A stretch of 64,000 nt of DNA from an uncultured virus (IMG/VR IMGVR_UViG_3300046007_001549) (lineage: Duplodnaviria > Heunggongvirae > Uroviricota > Caudoviricetes), in IMG/VR virus record IMGVR_UViG_3300046007_001549; one strand, 5' to 3'. The translations under genes and the position numbers were made by a program. Positions 1-10,447 of this stretch are shown here, in pieces. Under the pieces are notes generated by a model. That model ran no database searches and had not been told where the DNA came from. It saw only the letters and a list, made by a program, of their open reading frames with translations. Numbering within the stretch: position 1 is the stretch's first letter; the number at the start of each line of letters is the position of its first letter.

Positions 1-843
1 ACACACGGCACAGGTAGCATTCTAGACAATGCAATTACCTATGCTAAGCTGCAGGATACTACAGCTGCCTCTGTCCTATTGGGCAGAGGTAGCACTGCAG
101 CGGGTGATCCACAAGAAATAACTTTGGGGACAGGCTTGACCATGACAGGTACTACGGTATCTGTCAATGGTCTTGCCCCCCAAAGGGTTTATGTAAGAAA
201 CACAACAGGAGCTGTCCTGCCAAAAGGAGCTGCTGTCTATATTTCTGGAGCATCTGGTCAAACCCCACTCGTAGCTTTAGCTAGAGCAAATGCATATGGA
301 ACAGTCGAAGTAATTGGTGTTCTTGATGCAGCCATATCCAACAATGGATTTGGTTATGCTATAAGCTTTGGTTTACTAGAGGGACTAGACACTTCTACAC
401 TCACTCAGGGAAGTTCTGTATATCTATCGGCAACGGTAGCTGGTGGTCTAACCACAACAGAACCCGAATCTCCTAACTTTCAAATTCAAATCGGTTGGTG
501 TGAATATCAACATCAAAACAACGGTAAGCTTCTGGTTAGAATTAATCCAGAGTTTACCAAGGCAGAGTATATTGCAGACTCAACTGCAATTGGTAGAGGC
601 GTTATTACTGCAGCTACCACGGAACAAGCAAGGATAGCCATAGGGCTAGGTACTGCTTCAACCAAAGATACACCATCTTCTGGTAATGCATCCAGTACTC
701 AGGTTGTTCTTGGCTCTGATACTCGTTTAACTGATAGTCGCACTCCATTGGCGCATACGCATGTAAGCGCAGATGTCACAAACTTTTCAACTTCGGTTGA
801 TACAATTGTAAGCTCATCAGCCCTTGATGGCGGTAGCTTCTAA
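1..843 (+). CDS. Tail fibre-associated protein, C-terminal part (5' partial; probably continues the ORF at 63728)
   Basis: Frame +1 is open from base 1 (THGTGSILDNAITYAKLQD..LLGRGSTAAGDPQEIT), the same repeat type as in the fibre at 57524; ends LDGGSF. Confidence 0.75.
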   Translation, partial: THGTGSILDNAITYAKLQDTTAASVLLGRGSTAAGDPQEITLGTGLTMTGTTVSVNGLAPQRVYVRNTTGAVLPKGAAVYISGASGQTPLVALARANAYGTVEVIGVLDAAISNNGFGYAISFGLLEGLDTSTLTQGSSVYLSATVAGGLTTTEPESPNFQIQIGWCEYQHQNNGKLLVRINPEFTKAEYIADSTAIGRGVITAATTEQARIAIGLGTASTKDTPSSGNASSTQVVLGSDTRLTDSRTPLAHTHVSADVTNFSTSVDTIVSSSALDGGSF

Positions 844-854
844 AGGAAACAATA

Positions 855-2243
855 ATGGCTAATACAATTCGTATTAAAAGACGCATTACAGGTAGCACAG
901 GTGCGCCAAGTTCACTAGCAGTAGGAGAACTTGCTTACAACGAAATGGACAACACACTATACATCGGCACACACAACAACGGTACTCCACAGGTTGTACC
1001 GCTGGCTGGTCTTGGTGAGTTTGTCCGTCTGTCAAATGTCAATCAGACAATCAATGGTCTAAAGACTTTCTCTCAGCATCCAGTAATCAGCGAGACACAG
1101 CTAGGTACTGGAGAAAACTCAACCAAGGTTGCAACAACCGCTTGGGTAAAGTCACTAGGTTATAGTACAGGTGCTGGTACTATTACTGCTGTTACTGGAA
1201 CTTCACCAGTTGTTTCATCTGGTGGTACTGCTCCAGCAATCAGCCTAGCTTCTGGCTACGGTGATACCCAGAACCCATATGCCAGCAAGAGTACTAATCT
1301 ATTCTTGGCTTCTCCAAACGGAACTTCTGGTGTTCCCACATTCAGAGCTATGGCTGAAGCAGATGTTCCATCCCTTACTGCATCAAAGATTTCAAACTTT
1401 GATACACAGGTTAGAACAAGCCGTCTGGATCAGATGGCCGCTCCAACTGCTGATGTTTCCTTTAACAGTCGTAAGATTACTGGTCTTGCAACCCCAACAG
1501 CAGATACTGATGCTGCTAACAAGCTATATGTAGATTCAGCAATTCAAGGTCTACACCCAAAGCAGGCTGTACGAGCAGCTACAACAACTAACATTGCTTC
1601 ATTGTCAGGTATTCTGACTGTTGATAATGTTACCCTTGTTGCTGGTAATCGTGTACTTGTTAAGGATCAGACTACTGCTTCTCAAAACGGTATCTATGTC
1701 GTAGCTTCTGGTGCATGGACTAGAGCAACCGACGCTGATATTTGGGATGAACTTATTTCGGCTTATGTCTTCGTACAAGAAGGCGCGCAAAATCAAGATA
1801 TCGGTTTCATTTGCACTGTCGATTCTGGTGGTACTATTGGTACAACCTCAATAACCTTTGCTCAGTTTACTGGTGCAGGCAATGTCAGTGCTGGTGACGG
1901 TCTTACACAGTCTGGTACAATTCTCAATGTAGGTGGCACAGTCAACCGCATTACTGTAAGTGCAGATGCCGTTGACATTGCTAGCACCTATGTTGGTCAG
2001 ACTTCCATTACAACCCTTGGTACAATTGGTACTGGTACTTGGAATGCTACTACCATTGGCGTTGGCAAGGGTGGTACTGGTGTAACCTCACTAACAACCA
2101 ATGGTATTCTCTATGGTGGAGCTACCGTAGGTGCAACTGCTGCCGGAACATGGGATTCCACAAACAGCATTGGACAGCTACTATCGCATAACTCAAGCGG
2201 CACTCCTGTCTGGACTGATACCATCGACGGCGGTACATTCTAA
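855..2243 (+). CDS. Tail fibre protein
   Basis: N-terminal IRIKRR..GELAYNE..LYIG module, KVATTAWV and DAANKLYVD fibre motifs, RVLVKDQT..NGIY domain, ends IDGGTF; SD AAGGA. Confidence 0.8.
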   Translation: MANTIRIKRRITGSTGAPSSLAVGELAYNEMDNTLYIGTHNNGTPQVVPLAGLGEFVRLSNVNQTINGLKTFSQHPVISETQLGTGENSTKVATTAWVKSLGYSTGAGTITAVTGTSPVVSSGGTAPAISLASGYGDTQNPYASKSTNLFLASPNGTSGVPTFRAMAEADVPSLTASKISNFDTQVRTSRLDQMAAPTADVSFNSRKITGLATPTADTDAANKLYVDSAIQGLHPKQAVRAATTTNIASLSGILTVDNVTLVAGNRVLVKDQTTASQNGIYVVASGAWTRATDADIWDELISAYVFVQEGAQNQDIGFICTVDSGGTIGTTSITFAQFTGAGNVSAGDGLTQSGTILNVGGTVNRITVSADAVDIASTYVGQTSITTLGTIGTGTWNATTIGVGKGGTGVTSLTTNGILYGGATVGATAAGTWDSTNSIGQLLSHNSSGTPVWTDTIDGGTF

Positions 2244-2276
2244 TTAAAACTTAGCCAGCCTATATAGGAGATTCAA

Positions 2277-2495
2277 ATGGCACAAACAATAAGACTAAAA
2301 AGATCTGCAGTTGCGAACAAAGTTCCCACTACTGGAGATCTTAATCTCGGTGAGCTTGCCATTAATACATATGATGGCAAGCTCTATCTAAAGAAAGATA
2401 GTGGTACTGCTTCAATTGTTGAGGTTGGAGCAGGCGGTGGTGGTGGTGGAATTTCAACAGGTAAAGCCATTGCTATGGCTATCGTATTTGGATAA
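2277..2495 (+). CDS. Short fibre adaptor-like protein
   Basis: Same N-terminal module (IRLKRS..GELAINTYDGKLY), Gly linker, ends KAIAMAIVFG; SD GGAG. Confidence 0.65.
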   Translation: MAQTIRLKRSAVANKVPTTGDLNLGELAINTYDGKLYLKKDSGTASIVEVGAGGGGGGISTGKAIAMAIVFG

Positions 2496-2506
2496 AGGAA
2501 TAAACA

Positions 2507-2881
2507 ATGGCTGCACCTAATATCGTAAATGTAAGTACAATAATCGGAAAAACTTCAGTAGTTACTTTATCTAGCACAAATGCTACAGCAATTATTAGTA
2601 ATCCTAGTAACTCCAATAAAGTATTTAAGATCAATTCTTTAATGGTAGCTAATATTGATGGAACAATAAACGCTTCTGTAACTATTAACTATTATAGTTT
2701 AGCTGATATAGGAGGTACTGCAACTGCAATTGCAAATACTATTGTTGTTCCTGCAGATGCTTCGCTTGTTATATTAGATAAAAACAGTTCAATTTACTTA
2801 GAAGAAAATAAATCATTAGGAGCTATTGCTAGTGCTGCAAACGATCTAACAATCATTTGTTCATATGAGGAGATATCCTAA
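2507..2881 (+). CDS. Virion/fibre accessory protein
   Basis: MAAPNIVNV..SYEEIS type seen in fibre modules of aquatic phages; AT-rich block. Confidence 0.6.
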   Translation: MAAPNIVNVSTIIGKTSVVTLSSTNATAIISNPSNSNKVFKINSLMVANIDGTINASVTINYYSLADIGGTATAIANTIVVPADASLVILDKNSSIYLEENKSLGAIASAANDLTIICSYEEIS

Positions 2882-5526
2882 TGACTCGTTGGAATGGAAG
2901 TTATGTAGGTTTATTTAAACCAACTACATTATTTGACTCTGGTGGTGTATGGAACCTTAAAAGACAAACCGTAGCAAAACAAAGTGGTATTTGGCCTTTA
3001 GACAATAGTTCAACACCTCTACCAACTTGGTCATTAAATTTTAGCGGTACTAGTGAACCTTGGTCAGATGGTGTACAGTATTCTTATACTTCATCTAGAC
3101 CAGAAAACTCAGGTACTATTACAGACTCAAATGGATATATTGTAGTAAACGGATACAATTTAGCCCCGTCTTCAAACAATTTTGGAGCTAATAATACTAA
3201 CGCTGCTAATGTAACAGGCACTGTTAATTATGCGGTATCGCCATCAGGCGAACAAAATGCAGGTAGATTTGAAATTCAAAGTAATGGTTTTATTTATAAA
3301 GGTTCAAACGGAGCTGTTACTAGTGGAACTTTTACTTTATCGTTTTATATGAAAGCAACCAGCACACCACAACAAGTTCGTATTCGTGTTATAGGTGATT
3401 CTTCTACTTTAGTATCTGAAACGGTAACAACACCAACATCTTGGCAAAGATATTCTTATACAATAACAACAACTACAACAAGTGGTTTAGAAATTGGAAT
3501 AGATCAAAGAACTACTGTTCCTCCTGCTGGACCCGGAACAGCTTGTGATATTTTATTATGGGGCGTACAAGTTGTTAGAGGAAGTAATGCGTTACCTTAT
3601 ACTCATAATCCATCTACAGGAACTACAGCTATTCCTCGTTTAACCCACGACAGAAATGGAAATAGACTTGGGCTTTTAATTGAAGAATCTATTACAAATG
3701 GTCTTTTGCAAAGTGAGCTTTATACAGCTACAGCTACATGGCAAGCTAGCGCAGTATCTATTACAGCAAACGCAACTACTTCACCTTCTGGATTAAATAA
3801 CGCAAGTAAATTAATCGAAACATCTACAACAGCCCATGTAATTTATCAAGATGTCACAAGAACAAATGTTGTGTTTTCAGCTTATATGAAAAAAGCTGAA
3901 AGAATTGCCGCAAGTTTAAAGTTTTGGATTACAGGTACTAACTGGTTATTATGCACTTTTAATTTAGATGCTGGAACATCTACAGAAGTCTTTACAGGTA
4001 CTGGTAGTACCTTTACAAGCACTGGTTCTGGTATGGAAAATGTTGGAAATGGTTGGTATCGTTGTTGGATTCGTGCAACAGTTCCTTCTAATACTTCAAT
4101 TCAGCACAGTGTTTCCATAAATAGTACACCAACCCCAACCCGTAGAGCAGATAACGGTTCAGAAGATTATACTGCTGTTACAGGAAATGGATTATTTATT
4201 TGGGGTCTTCAAAGCGAAGGTTTTAATAGAAACCCAAATTCATATATTCCAACCACCACAGCTGCAGTTATACGCAACGAAGACAAAGTTCATATCCCTA
4301 AAAACAAAATAACAAATTGGGCATCAACTGGTGCTATTTGTGTTCATTTCTATACACCACCAAAAGCAGGAACTTTGTTTTCAACTGACAACCAAACAAA
4401 CCAACAGCTTGGTTTAGAAGCAAGTTCGACAACGGCTGCAAGAGCTTTTTGGTCAAGTGGAAACACAGCAACAGGTATTATTGGCGATGCTGGTATTGTA
4501 CATAAAGCCATACATTATTGGGATGGAACAACATCTAAATTTTGTATTAACGGTAGTGAAGTACAAACAGGAACAAACAATGCTTCATCGTTTACTTCTA
4601 TAGATTTTATTACATTAGGTGCTAAAGCTACAGAATCATCAGGAGTACCCGGAACATTTAGTGATTTTGCTAACTGCATAATTTCTAAAGTAGAGTTCTA
4701 TGCTGGTGCTTTAACAGATTCAAACCTTCAACAAATTTCAGATAATAATACTATGTATGGTATTCAATATTTAATACTTGCTGGTGGTGGTGGTGGAGGA
4801 ACATTTGTAAGCGGTACTAATTATGGTGGAGGTGGCGGTGGTGCTGGCGGTTACTTAGAATCAACAGCTACTTATGTTATTCGTGGTCGTTCTTACGATA
4901 TTGTTGTTGGCGCTGGAGGCGCTAAAAACACAAGTGGAAGTAATTCTTCATTTAATGGCTTAACAGCAATTGGAGGAGGTGGCGGTGGTTACAATAGTGT
5001 TGGTAGTGCTGGTGGTTCTGGTGGTGGCGGTGGCGGTGGTAACGGTACTTTTATAGGTGGTGCTGCTACTAGTGGTCAAGGAAACGCTGGAGGAACCGGA
5101 GTGGCTGGTTGGCCGTATGCTGGTGGCGGTGGTGGTGGCGCTAACGCTGCAGGAACAAATGGAACATCCAGTGCGCCCGGAATAGGAGGCAACGGAAAAA
5201 CATCTTCTATTACAGGAACAGCCATTACAAGAGGCGGTGGCGGTGGAGCAGGGGCGCATAATGGCGCGAGTGCTGGTGGATCAGGTGGTGGTGGTAATGG
5301 AGCTGGCTGGACAGGTACATCTCAAAATGGAACCGCTACTTTAGGTGGTGGAGGCGGTGGAGCAACCCATGAAAGCACTACTGGAGGTAATGGCGGGGCT
5401 GGTACAGTTATTTTAAGAATTCTTTCAGGAAACTATACTGGCACTGTAACAAATGCTTCTAGTGTTACAACTGTAGATGCTGATACAGTTGTTATCTTTA
5501 ATTCTTCTGGTTCTTATACGGCATAA
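2881..5526 (+). CDS. Receptor-binding/fibre protein with beta-sandwich-like domains and Gly-rich C-terminal domain
   Basis: LGLLIEES.TN and NGWYRC motifs; C-terminal AGGGGGG..GGGAGG..GAGTVILR domain. Confidence 0.7.
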   Translation: MTRWNGSYVGLFKPTTLFDSGGVWNLKRQTVAKQSGIWPLDNSSTPLPTWSLNFSGTSEPWSDGVQYSYTSSRPENSGTITDSNGYIVVNGYNLAPSSNNFGANNTNAANVTGTVNYAVSPSGEQNAGRFEIQSNGFIYKGSNGAVTSGTFTLSFYMKATSTPQQVRIRVIGDSSTLVSETVTTPTSWQRYSYTITTTTTSGLEIGIDQRTTVPPAGPGTACDILLWGVQVVRGSNALPYTHNPSTGTTAIPRLTHDRNGNRLGLLIEESITNGLLQSELYTATATWQASAVSITANATTSPSGLNNASKLIETSTTAHVIYQDVTRTNVVFSAYMKKAERIAASLKFWITGTNWLLCTFNLDAGTSTEVFTGTGSTFTSTGSGMENVGNGWYRCWIRATVPSNTSIQHSVSINSTPTPTRRADNGSEDYTAVTGNGLFIWGLQSEGFNRNPNSYIPTTTAAVIRNEDKVHIPKNKITNWASTGAICVHFYTPPKAGTLFSTDNQTNQQLGLEASSTTAARAFWSSGNTATGIIGDAGIVHKAIHYWDGTTSKFCINGSEVQTGTNNASSFTSIDFITLGAKATESSGVPGTFSDFANCIISKVEFYAGALTDSNLQQISDNNTMYGIQYLILAGGGGGGTFVSGTNYGGGGGGAGGYLESTATYVIRGRSYDIVVGAGGAKNTSGSNSSFNGLTAIGGGGGGYNSVGSAGGSGGGGGGGNGTFIGGAATSGQGNAGGTGVAGWPYAGGGGGGANAAGTNGTSSAPGIGGNGKTSSITGTAITRGGGGGAGAHNGASAGGSGGGGNGAGWTGTSQNGTATLGGGGGGATHESTTGGNGGAGTVILRILSGNYTGTVTNASSVTTVDADTVVIFNSSGSYTA

Positions 5527-5530
5527 TACT

Positions 5531-5866
5531 ATGGCACATTTTGCAGAAATAGATGAAAACAATATTGTATTAAGAGTTATTGTTGTTGATAATAATTTAG
5601 AATCTATTGGTTCTGAGTGGTGTTCACAAACCTTTGGAGGAAATTGGATTCAAACTTCTTACAATAATAAAATACGAAAAAACTTTGCTGGTATTGGATA
5701 TACTTATAATCCAGTATTAGATGCGTTTATTCCTCCTAAACCAGAAAACAGCTCTTCGTGGGTTTTAGATGAAACAACATGTCAATGGATTCCTCCTATT
5801 CCTAAACCTACAGTTCCACTGTATGAATGGAATGAAGAACAGCAACAATGGGTTTTAGTAAATTAA
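5531..5866 (+). CDS. Conserved fibre-associated protein
   Basis: MAHFAEID..WIQTSYN..RKNFAGIGYTY..DAFIPPKP motif; start moved to ATG 5531. Confidence 0.65.
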   Translation: MAHFAEIDENNIVLRVIVVDNNLESIGSEWCSQTFGGNWIQTSYNNKIRKNFAGIGYTYNPVLDAFIPPKPENSSSWVLDETTCQWIPPIPKPTVPLYEWNEEQQQWVLVN

Positions 5867-5876
5867 AGGAAAAACT

Positions 5877-6131
5877 ATGGCTGAGAATAACTTAGCATTA
5901 TATGTATCTGCTATGCAGTTAGCGATTCTCACCATTGGCGTAGTAACTGTAATAATTAGATTGGGAAAACGAGAAGCCCTGATTGAATCTAACGCAGAAG
6001 AATTGCGTCAGTTAAAAGACATTACCAAAGATTTAGTCAAGGCTGACATCGAACACAGCAAGAATTTAATTGGTGTTGTTGGTGACTTAAAGGCTTTGCG
6101 CTATCGCGTAGAGATGCTGGAGCAAAAGTAA
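5877..6131 (+). CDS. Single-TM membrane protein, holin-like candidate
   Basis: N-terminal hydrophobic helix then coiled coil; lies between fibre genes and terminase. Confidence 0.5.
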   Translation: MAENNLALYVSAMQLAILTIGVVTVIIRLGKREALIESNAEELRQLKDITKDLVKADIEHSKNLIGVVGDLKALRYRVEMLEQK

Positions 6132-6601
6132 TGCGTTATCTATTCTTGCTGTTGTTGGCTGGATGCTCTTCAGTTGAAGCTGTGTCTACCAGCAACCACG
6201 CAATTCAGCGTGAAGCAATGTCTATACTGCAAACCCAAGATATTAAAGTCGCTCATAAGCATGCCCACCGTATTATTGGTGAGTCTGCAGATATTGCAAA
6301 AGCCGCTGGCAACATTACAGATATTACCCCTTGGTGGGCAGACATGATTAGCTATGGCTTTATTGCCTTAGCAATCATTGGTGTATGCGTACTATTATGG
6401 TACACCGGAATAGGCAGTCTTATTAAAAAGGTTGTCTATTCATTGGGACTCTTTATTCCAGATAAAAAGATTCAGCAGGCTAAGTTGCTAGCTGAAGTTA
6501 AGGATGAAGAAGATCCTACAACTATACGAGAAGCCATTGCTGCATTTAGAGCGCAAGATCCTGCGTTCGATGCAGCATACAAAAAAGTGAAAGGACACTA
6601 A
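6131..6601 (+). CDS. Lipoprotein with internal TM helix (unimolecular spanin-like)
   Basis: Signal peptide with lipobox LLAG|C; TM segment ISYGFIALAIIGVCVLLWY. Confidence 0.55.
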   Translation: MRYLFLLLLAGCSSVEAVSTSNHAIQREAMSILQTQDIKVAHKHAHRIIGESADIAKAAGNITDITPWWADMISYGFIALAIIGVCVLLWYTGIGSLIKKVVYSLGLFIPDKKIQQAKLLAEVKDEEDPTTIREAIAAFRAQDPAFDAAYKKVKGH

Positions 6602-6602
6602 T

Positions 6603-6716
6603 ATGGCATCATTTCTAGGTTCAGTTTGGTTTGGAGTTATGCTCTTTTTTGTTGGGTACATTGCTGGTTCTGTCGTTCCAGTAACCAAGCTACCTGAGTT
6701 GTTCAAGAAAAAGTGA
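6603..6716 (+). CDS. 37-aa membrane peptide (not in ORF track)
   Basis: MASFLGSVWFGVMLFFVGYIAGSVVPVTKLPELFKKK; SD AAGGA; stop overlaps the next start. Confidence 0.65.
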   Translation: MASFLGSVWFGVMLFFVGYIAGSVVPVTKLPELFKKK

Positions 6717-6937
6717 ACAAAGAACTAATCAATCTCCTCAACAGTCGCCTTATTGAGCGTCTACTGGACGATCTTAAGGATGACACCAAATGCACTCCCG
6801 GTCTATACACGGTTGTCCGTGGTATCGTAAACGACAACCGGGAGGCATTGGATGGTATTAGCCATAGTACTCTAGATACCCTAGAGGCCACTATGAAGTC
6901 TAAGATGCCGTTCAAGTTTAAGTCAGAGACAATCTGA
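6713..6937 (+). CDS. Terminase small subunit (gp18-like), putative
   Basis: Size, position before TerL, helical LL.DL..TPG..V..DN pattern. Confidence 0.6.
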   Translation: MNKELINLLNSRLIERLLDDLKDDTKCTPGLYTVVRGIVNDNREALDGISHSTLDTLEATMKSKMPFKFKSETI

Positions 6938-6943
6938 CCTTTC

Positions 6944-6980
6944 CGCCCTATGGCCCTTAATTGGGTTATAGGGCGTTTCT
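6944..6980 (+). terminator. Hairpin, probable intrinsic terminator
   Basis: CGCCCTATGGCCC-TTAATT-GGGTTATAGGGCG then TTTCT. Confidence 0.6.
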
Positions 6981-7059
6981 ATTGTTATAATGGGCCACGG
7001 TAGCCCCCGGAATCAGGAATCGTTTATAGGGCATTCTAGCCGCCCTAGGAGGCAACCAT

Positions 7060-8751
7060 ATGCAGGCTCCCAAGGAAGTCGTAGAGGACTTCAGAAATCA
7101 CCTCTACTTTAGTTTTAAGTATCTGGGCCTAGGGGAACCCACCCCCAAGCAGTACGCTATGGCTAATAGGCTGCAGGAAGGTCCGAATAACTTTATATTG
7201 CAGGCAGGCCGAGGGGATGGCAAGTCCGTTATCATGGCATGCTACGCATCGTGGCTCCTTCTGAAGGATCACAATACTACAATACTTGTACTTTCAGCGG
7301 CAGCAGATAAGGCTATTAAGTTTATCAGCCAGACCCGTGCCATTCTAACTCAGGTTCCTTACATGAAATATCTGGAACCCCAAGAGTTTGATAAAGACTC
7401 TGCATTTGGTTTTAATGTACATGCTAGGACTAAGTTTGGACAGGACTTGTCCATGACTGCCCGAGGCATCACTAGCCAGATCACAGGTCTACACGCAGAC
7501 AAGATTATTTGTGATGATATTGAGATTCCAGAAAACTCAGACAGTCCACAGGCTAGAGAAAAACTATGGGAAAGATGTCTGGAGTTGGAGAATGTAATTA
7601 ACAAGCACGACGATACCCAAGTTAGATTCCTAGGTACACCACAGTCCAAAGACTCCGTGTATAATAAGCTTGGTGGTATCTACAAAATTATCAAGTTCCC
7701 TGCAGTCATGCCAGACTTAGGTAGCATAGAAGAAACAGAAGATGTTGATTCTTATATTCTTAATCTTGGTATTGAGGCAGGAGAATCTACACAACCAGAA
7801 AGATTTCCCACAGAAAAGCTGGCTGAGATTGAAGCCAAGATTGGTCCTACCAACTTTGACTTGCACTATCGGTTGATGACTTCTTCTGCGGATCAAAAGA
7901 AATATCCACTACGATTGGAAGATCTAATTGTGTTGGATGTAGATCCAGAAGTTTTTCCAGTAAAGGTTGTTCATGCTAAAAGCGAAGTAAACAAGCGAGT
8001 ATCCTCGTTTGGAATGAAGGGAGATTTGGTTTATGAACCAATGCATATCGAACCTAAGTTTGTCCCGTATACACAGACGGCCATGTTTATCGACCCTTCA
8101 GGTCGCGGTGCGGACGAGACTGCAATCTGTATTGCGTCTTTTGCCCACGGCTACATTGTCACACATGAACTCACAGGAATTCAGGGAGGCTATGATACAC
8201 CCACCCTTAAGCAAATCTGCAAGCTCGTAAACCAATACGACATTAATTTAATCCGCTTTGAGTCTAACTATGGTGACGGCATGTTTGGAAAAGTGCTATC
8301 GCCAGTTATCGCTCAGAACTGCGGTCAGGTTGCTATAGAAGAATACAAGGTATCCGGTCAAAAGGAAGCCCGAATCCTTTCCATCCTAGAACCAGTAATG
8401 GCTCAGCATCGGCTGGTCATTGATACTCAGGCTATTCAGGATAAGGAAAACCAGATTCAAATCACACGCCTGCAAGAAAAGCGTGGGGCACTAAAGCACG
8501 ATGACCGAGTGGATGTTCTTGCTGCTGCTGTTTCTTATTGGACTGATGCTCTAGCAATAGATCCAGACCGTGAGATGGAACAGAAGCAACAAGAAGAATA
8601 CAAAGCTCAGATCAAGGAATGGATGAGTAACCGTCGAGGTATTGCCCTATTGGGTGATCGCATCTCCGGTGCTATCCTATTGAATGGAAAGACCCCAAAG
8701 ACAAATGGCTTTGGAAGTTCAATTTTAAAAAGGCAAAACAAATGGCGATAG
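7060..8751 (+). CDS. Terminase large subunit (gp19-like)
   Basis: ILQAGRGDGKS Walker A, ITGLHADKIICDDIE, LGTPQ, FIDPSGRGADET, HDDRVD. Confidence 0.95.
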   Translation: MQAPKEVVEDFRNHLYFSFKYLGLGEPTPKQYAMANRLQEGPNNFILQAGRGDGKSVIMACYASWLLLKDHNTTILVLSAAADKAIKFISQTRAILTQVPYMKYLEPQEFDKDSAFGFNVHARTKFGQDLSMTARGITSQITGLHADKIICDDIEIPENSDSPQAREKLWERCLELENVINKHDDTQVRFLGTPQSKDSVYNKLGGIYKIIKFPAVMPDLGSIEETEDVDSYILNLGIEAGESTQPERFPTEKLAEIEAKIGPTNFDLHYRLMTSSADQKKYPLRLEDLIVLDVDPEVFPVKVVHAKSEVNKRVSSFGMKGDLVYEPMHIEPKFVPYTQTAMFIDPSGRGADETAICIASFAHGYIVTHELTGIQGGYDTPTLKQICKLVNQYDINLIRFESNYGDGMFGKVLSPVIAQNCGQVAIEEYKVSGQKEARILSILEPVMAQHRLVIDTQAIQDKENQIQITRLQEKRGALKHDDRVDVLAAAVSYWTDALAIDPDREMEQKQQEEYKAQIKEWMSNRRGIALLGDRISGAILLNGKTPKTNGFGSSILKRQNKWR

Positions 8752-9407
8752 ATCCTGTCTCTCTGACGATGGGTGGCTTGTCTTTAGTTCAGGGTGTATT
8801 TAGTGCCCTTGGTGCATCAAAGCAAGCTGAAGCTCAATATCAGGCCCAACTAATTCAGCAGCGTAATGAAAACTTTAGAAACAAATGGCAAACAGAAGCA
8901 CAGAACCGAAACCAACTTAGGCAGTACCAAGCCGCACTTGAGCGTAATGTTCAGGTTCAGCAAGCTGCAAACAAGGAACGAGCCATTGCGGAAGTCTACC
9001 TAGACCGCAACTTCCAAAACCAAAAGGGAACCCTTAGCAAGCAAACCAATCTAGCCAATGCTGCATTCCTTACCGCTATGCAAGGTAAGGGTATTGGTGG
9101 CGATAGTGGCACAGCCAGAGCCTTATTCCGACAGAACATGGAAGCTCTAGGCAAGAACATGCTAGCCATGAAGACTACCTATCGTAATGCCTATCGGGAT
9201 ATTGAAACACAGCAGGCTGGTCGCTTGGCTCAGAGAGCCGACACCATGTTCCCCAATCAGGTAACTTACCTACCATCAACTGGTGGTATTGTAAATTCTG
9301 CTAGCTCCGCTCTAACAACTGGACTCATTAGTGCAGGCATCCAAGGCTTTGCTGCTGGTTATGACGCACAACTAAAGTATGGTGGCGGCGATGGAGGTAA
9401 CAAATGA
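8742..9407 (+). CDS. Internal virion protein (gp14-like)
   Basis: MAIDPVS hydrophobic N-terminus, Q/A-rich coil, GIGGDS motif. Confidence 0.7.
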   Translation: MAIDPVSLTMGGLSLVQGVFSALGASKQAEAQYQAQLIQQRNENFRNKWQTEAQNRNQLRQYQAALERNVQVQQAANKERAIAEVYLDRNFQNQKGTLSKQTNLANAAFLTAMQGKGIGGDSGTARALFRQNMEALGKNMLAMKTTYRNAYRDIETQQAGRLAQRADTMFPNQVTYLPSTGGIVNSASSALTTGLISAGIQGFAAGYDAQLKYGGGDGGNK

Positions 9408-10447
9408 CTACAAAAGATCTCTATCAATCCTTAGCCCAAATCGCTAAGCAAGCTGTATCAATTACCCCAATCGAAGAAGACCCAAATAAACAGATCATTA
9501 ACAAAGAGATCGACCAAATTAAAAAAGTTACTGACTTGGCTTCCAAGATGTATCCTAATAACAAGGATAACCAGTTTGGTTACTTTAAGAAGACTGTCGA
9601 TATCGCTGGTATGACTCCAGAAGCTAAGAACTTTTATTGGAATCAGTACCAGAAGATTAATCCTAGGGGTCTAGAGGGCACTAAGCAAGACTACATTAAC
9701 ATAACCTCCAGAGAACTAAACCAGATTTCTGGTGTGTCTCGTAAAGAGTTCTATCTACGCAACCAACTAGCTAATGCCCCAGAATGGGTTAAGCCTGTGC
9801 TGGAACCAGAGCTAGCCAAGCTATCTACCGTTGTTGCCAATGCCAACTATAGCAAGGCAACCAAGGTATACGAAGAAGATGTCAAGGTTAGATCCAATGT
9901 ATTCCTAGCCAACGCTCAACTTGATCCCGATGTTTCTATTGAGGATCATACTGCCGACATGGTTCGGCTTGAGCAAATGAATCTTCTTGATATTGGTGCT
10001 GTTATAAACGGTAGAGTTGGGGTCTATAAGAATGGCAAAGAGTTTGTACCAAGCTTTGCAATCAAAGGTAGGAATGAAATCCTATCGGATGATCCTTATG
10101 GAGCGCCCTCTGCTGAAGAACAACTACGAATTAAAGAAACAACAACACCTTACTTTAAGCAGGCTGTTGAACGAAAGATCTATACCAACCAAAGCACAAT
10201 CAACCGGGAAGAGCAGATGTCCGCTAAGATGGCGAGTCGTATGCTTGAGGACGGTAAGTTTACGCTTGATCGTTGGGGCGAAGCTTTCTCAATGAATCCT
10301 GAATCAAACCCACAAGAAGAAATTCTCCGTGGCTTAAAGGGGGAAATCTCTGCAAAGAGAGTTAAGACTTATCAAGACCTTGCTCAGACTATCTACACAG
10401 CAATGAGCAAATACGGCAATATGCTTGGAGAAAATAACAATGGCTGA
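9404..10447 (+). CDS. Hypothetical protein, probable internal virion protein
   Basis: 347-aa ORF translationally coupled within the ejection-protein block. Confidence 0.55.
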   Translation: MTTKDLYQSLAQIAKQAVSITPIEEDPNKQIINKEIDQIKKVTDLASKMYPNNKDNQFGYFKKTVDIAGMTPEAKNFYWNQYQKINPRGLEGTKQDYINITSRELNQISGVSRKEFYLRNQLANAPEWVKPVLEPELAKLSTVVANANYSKATKVYEEDVKVRSNVFLANAQLDPDVSIEDHTADMVRLEQMNLLDIGAVINGRVGVYKNGKEFVPSFAIKGRNEILSDDPYGAPSAEEQLRIKETTTPYFKQAVERKIYTNQSTINREEQMSAKMASRMLEDGKFTLDRWGEAFSMNPESNPQEEILRGLKGEISAKRVKTYQDLAQTIYTAMSKYGNMLGENNNG

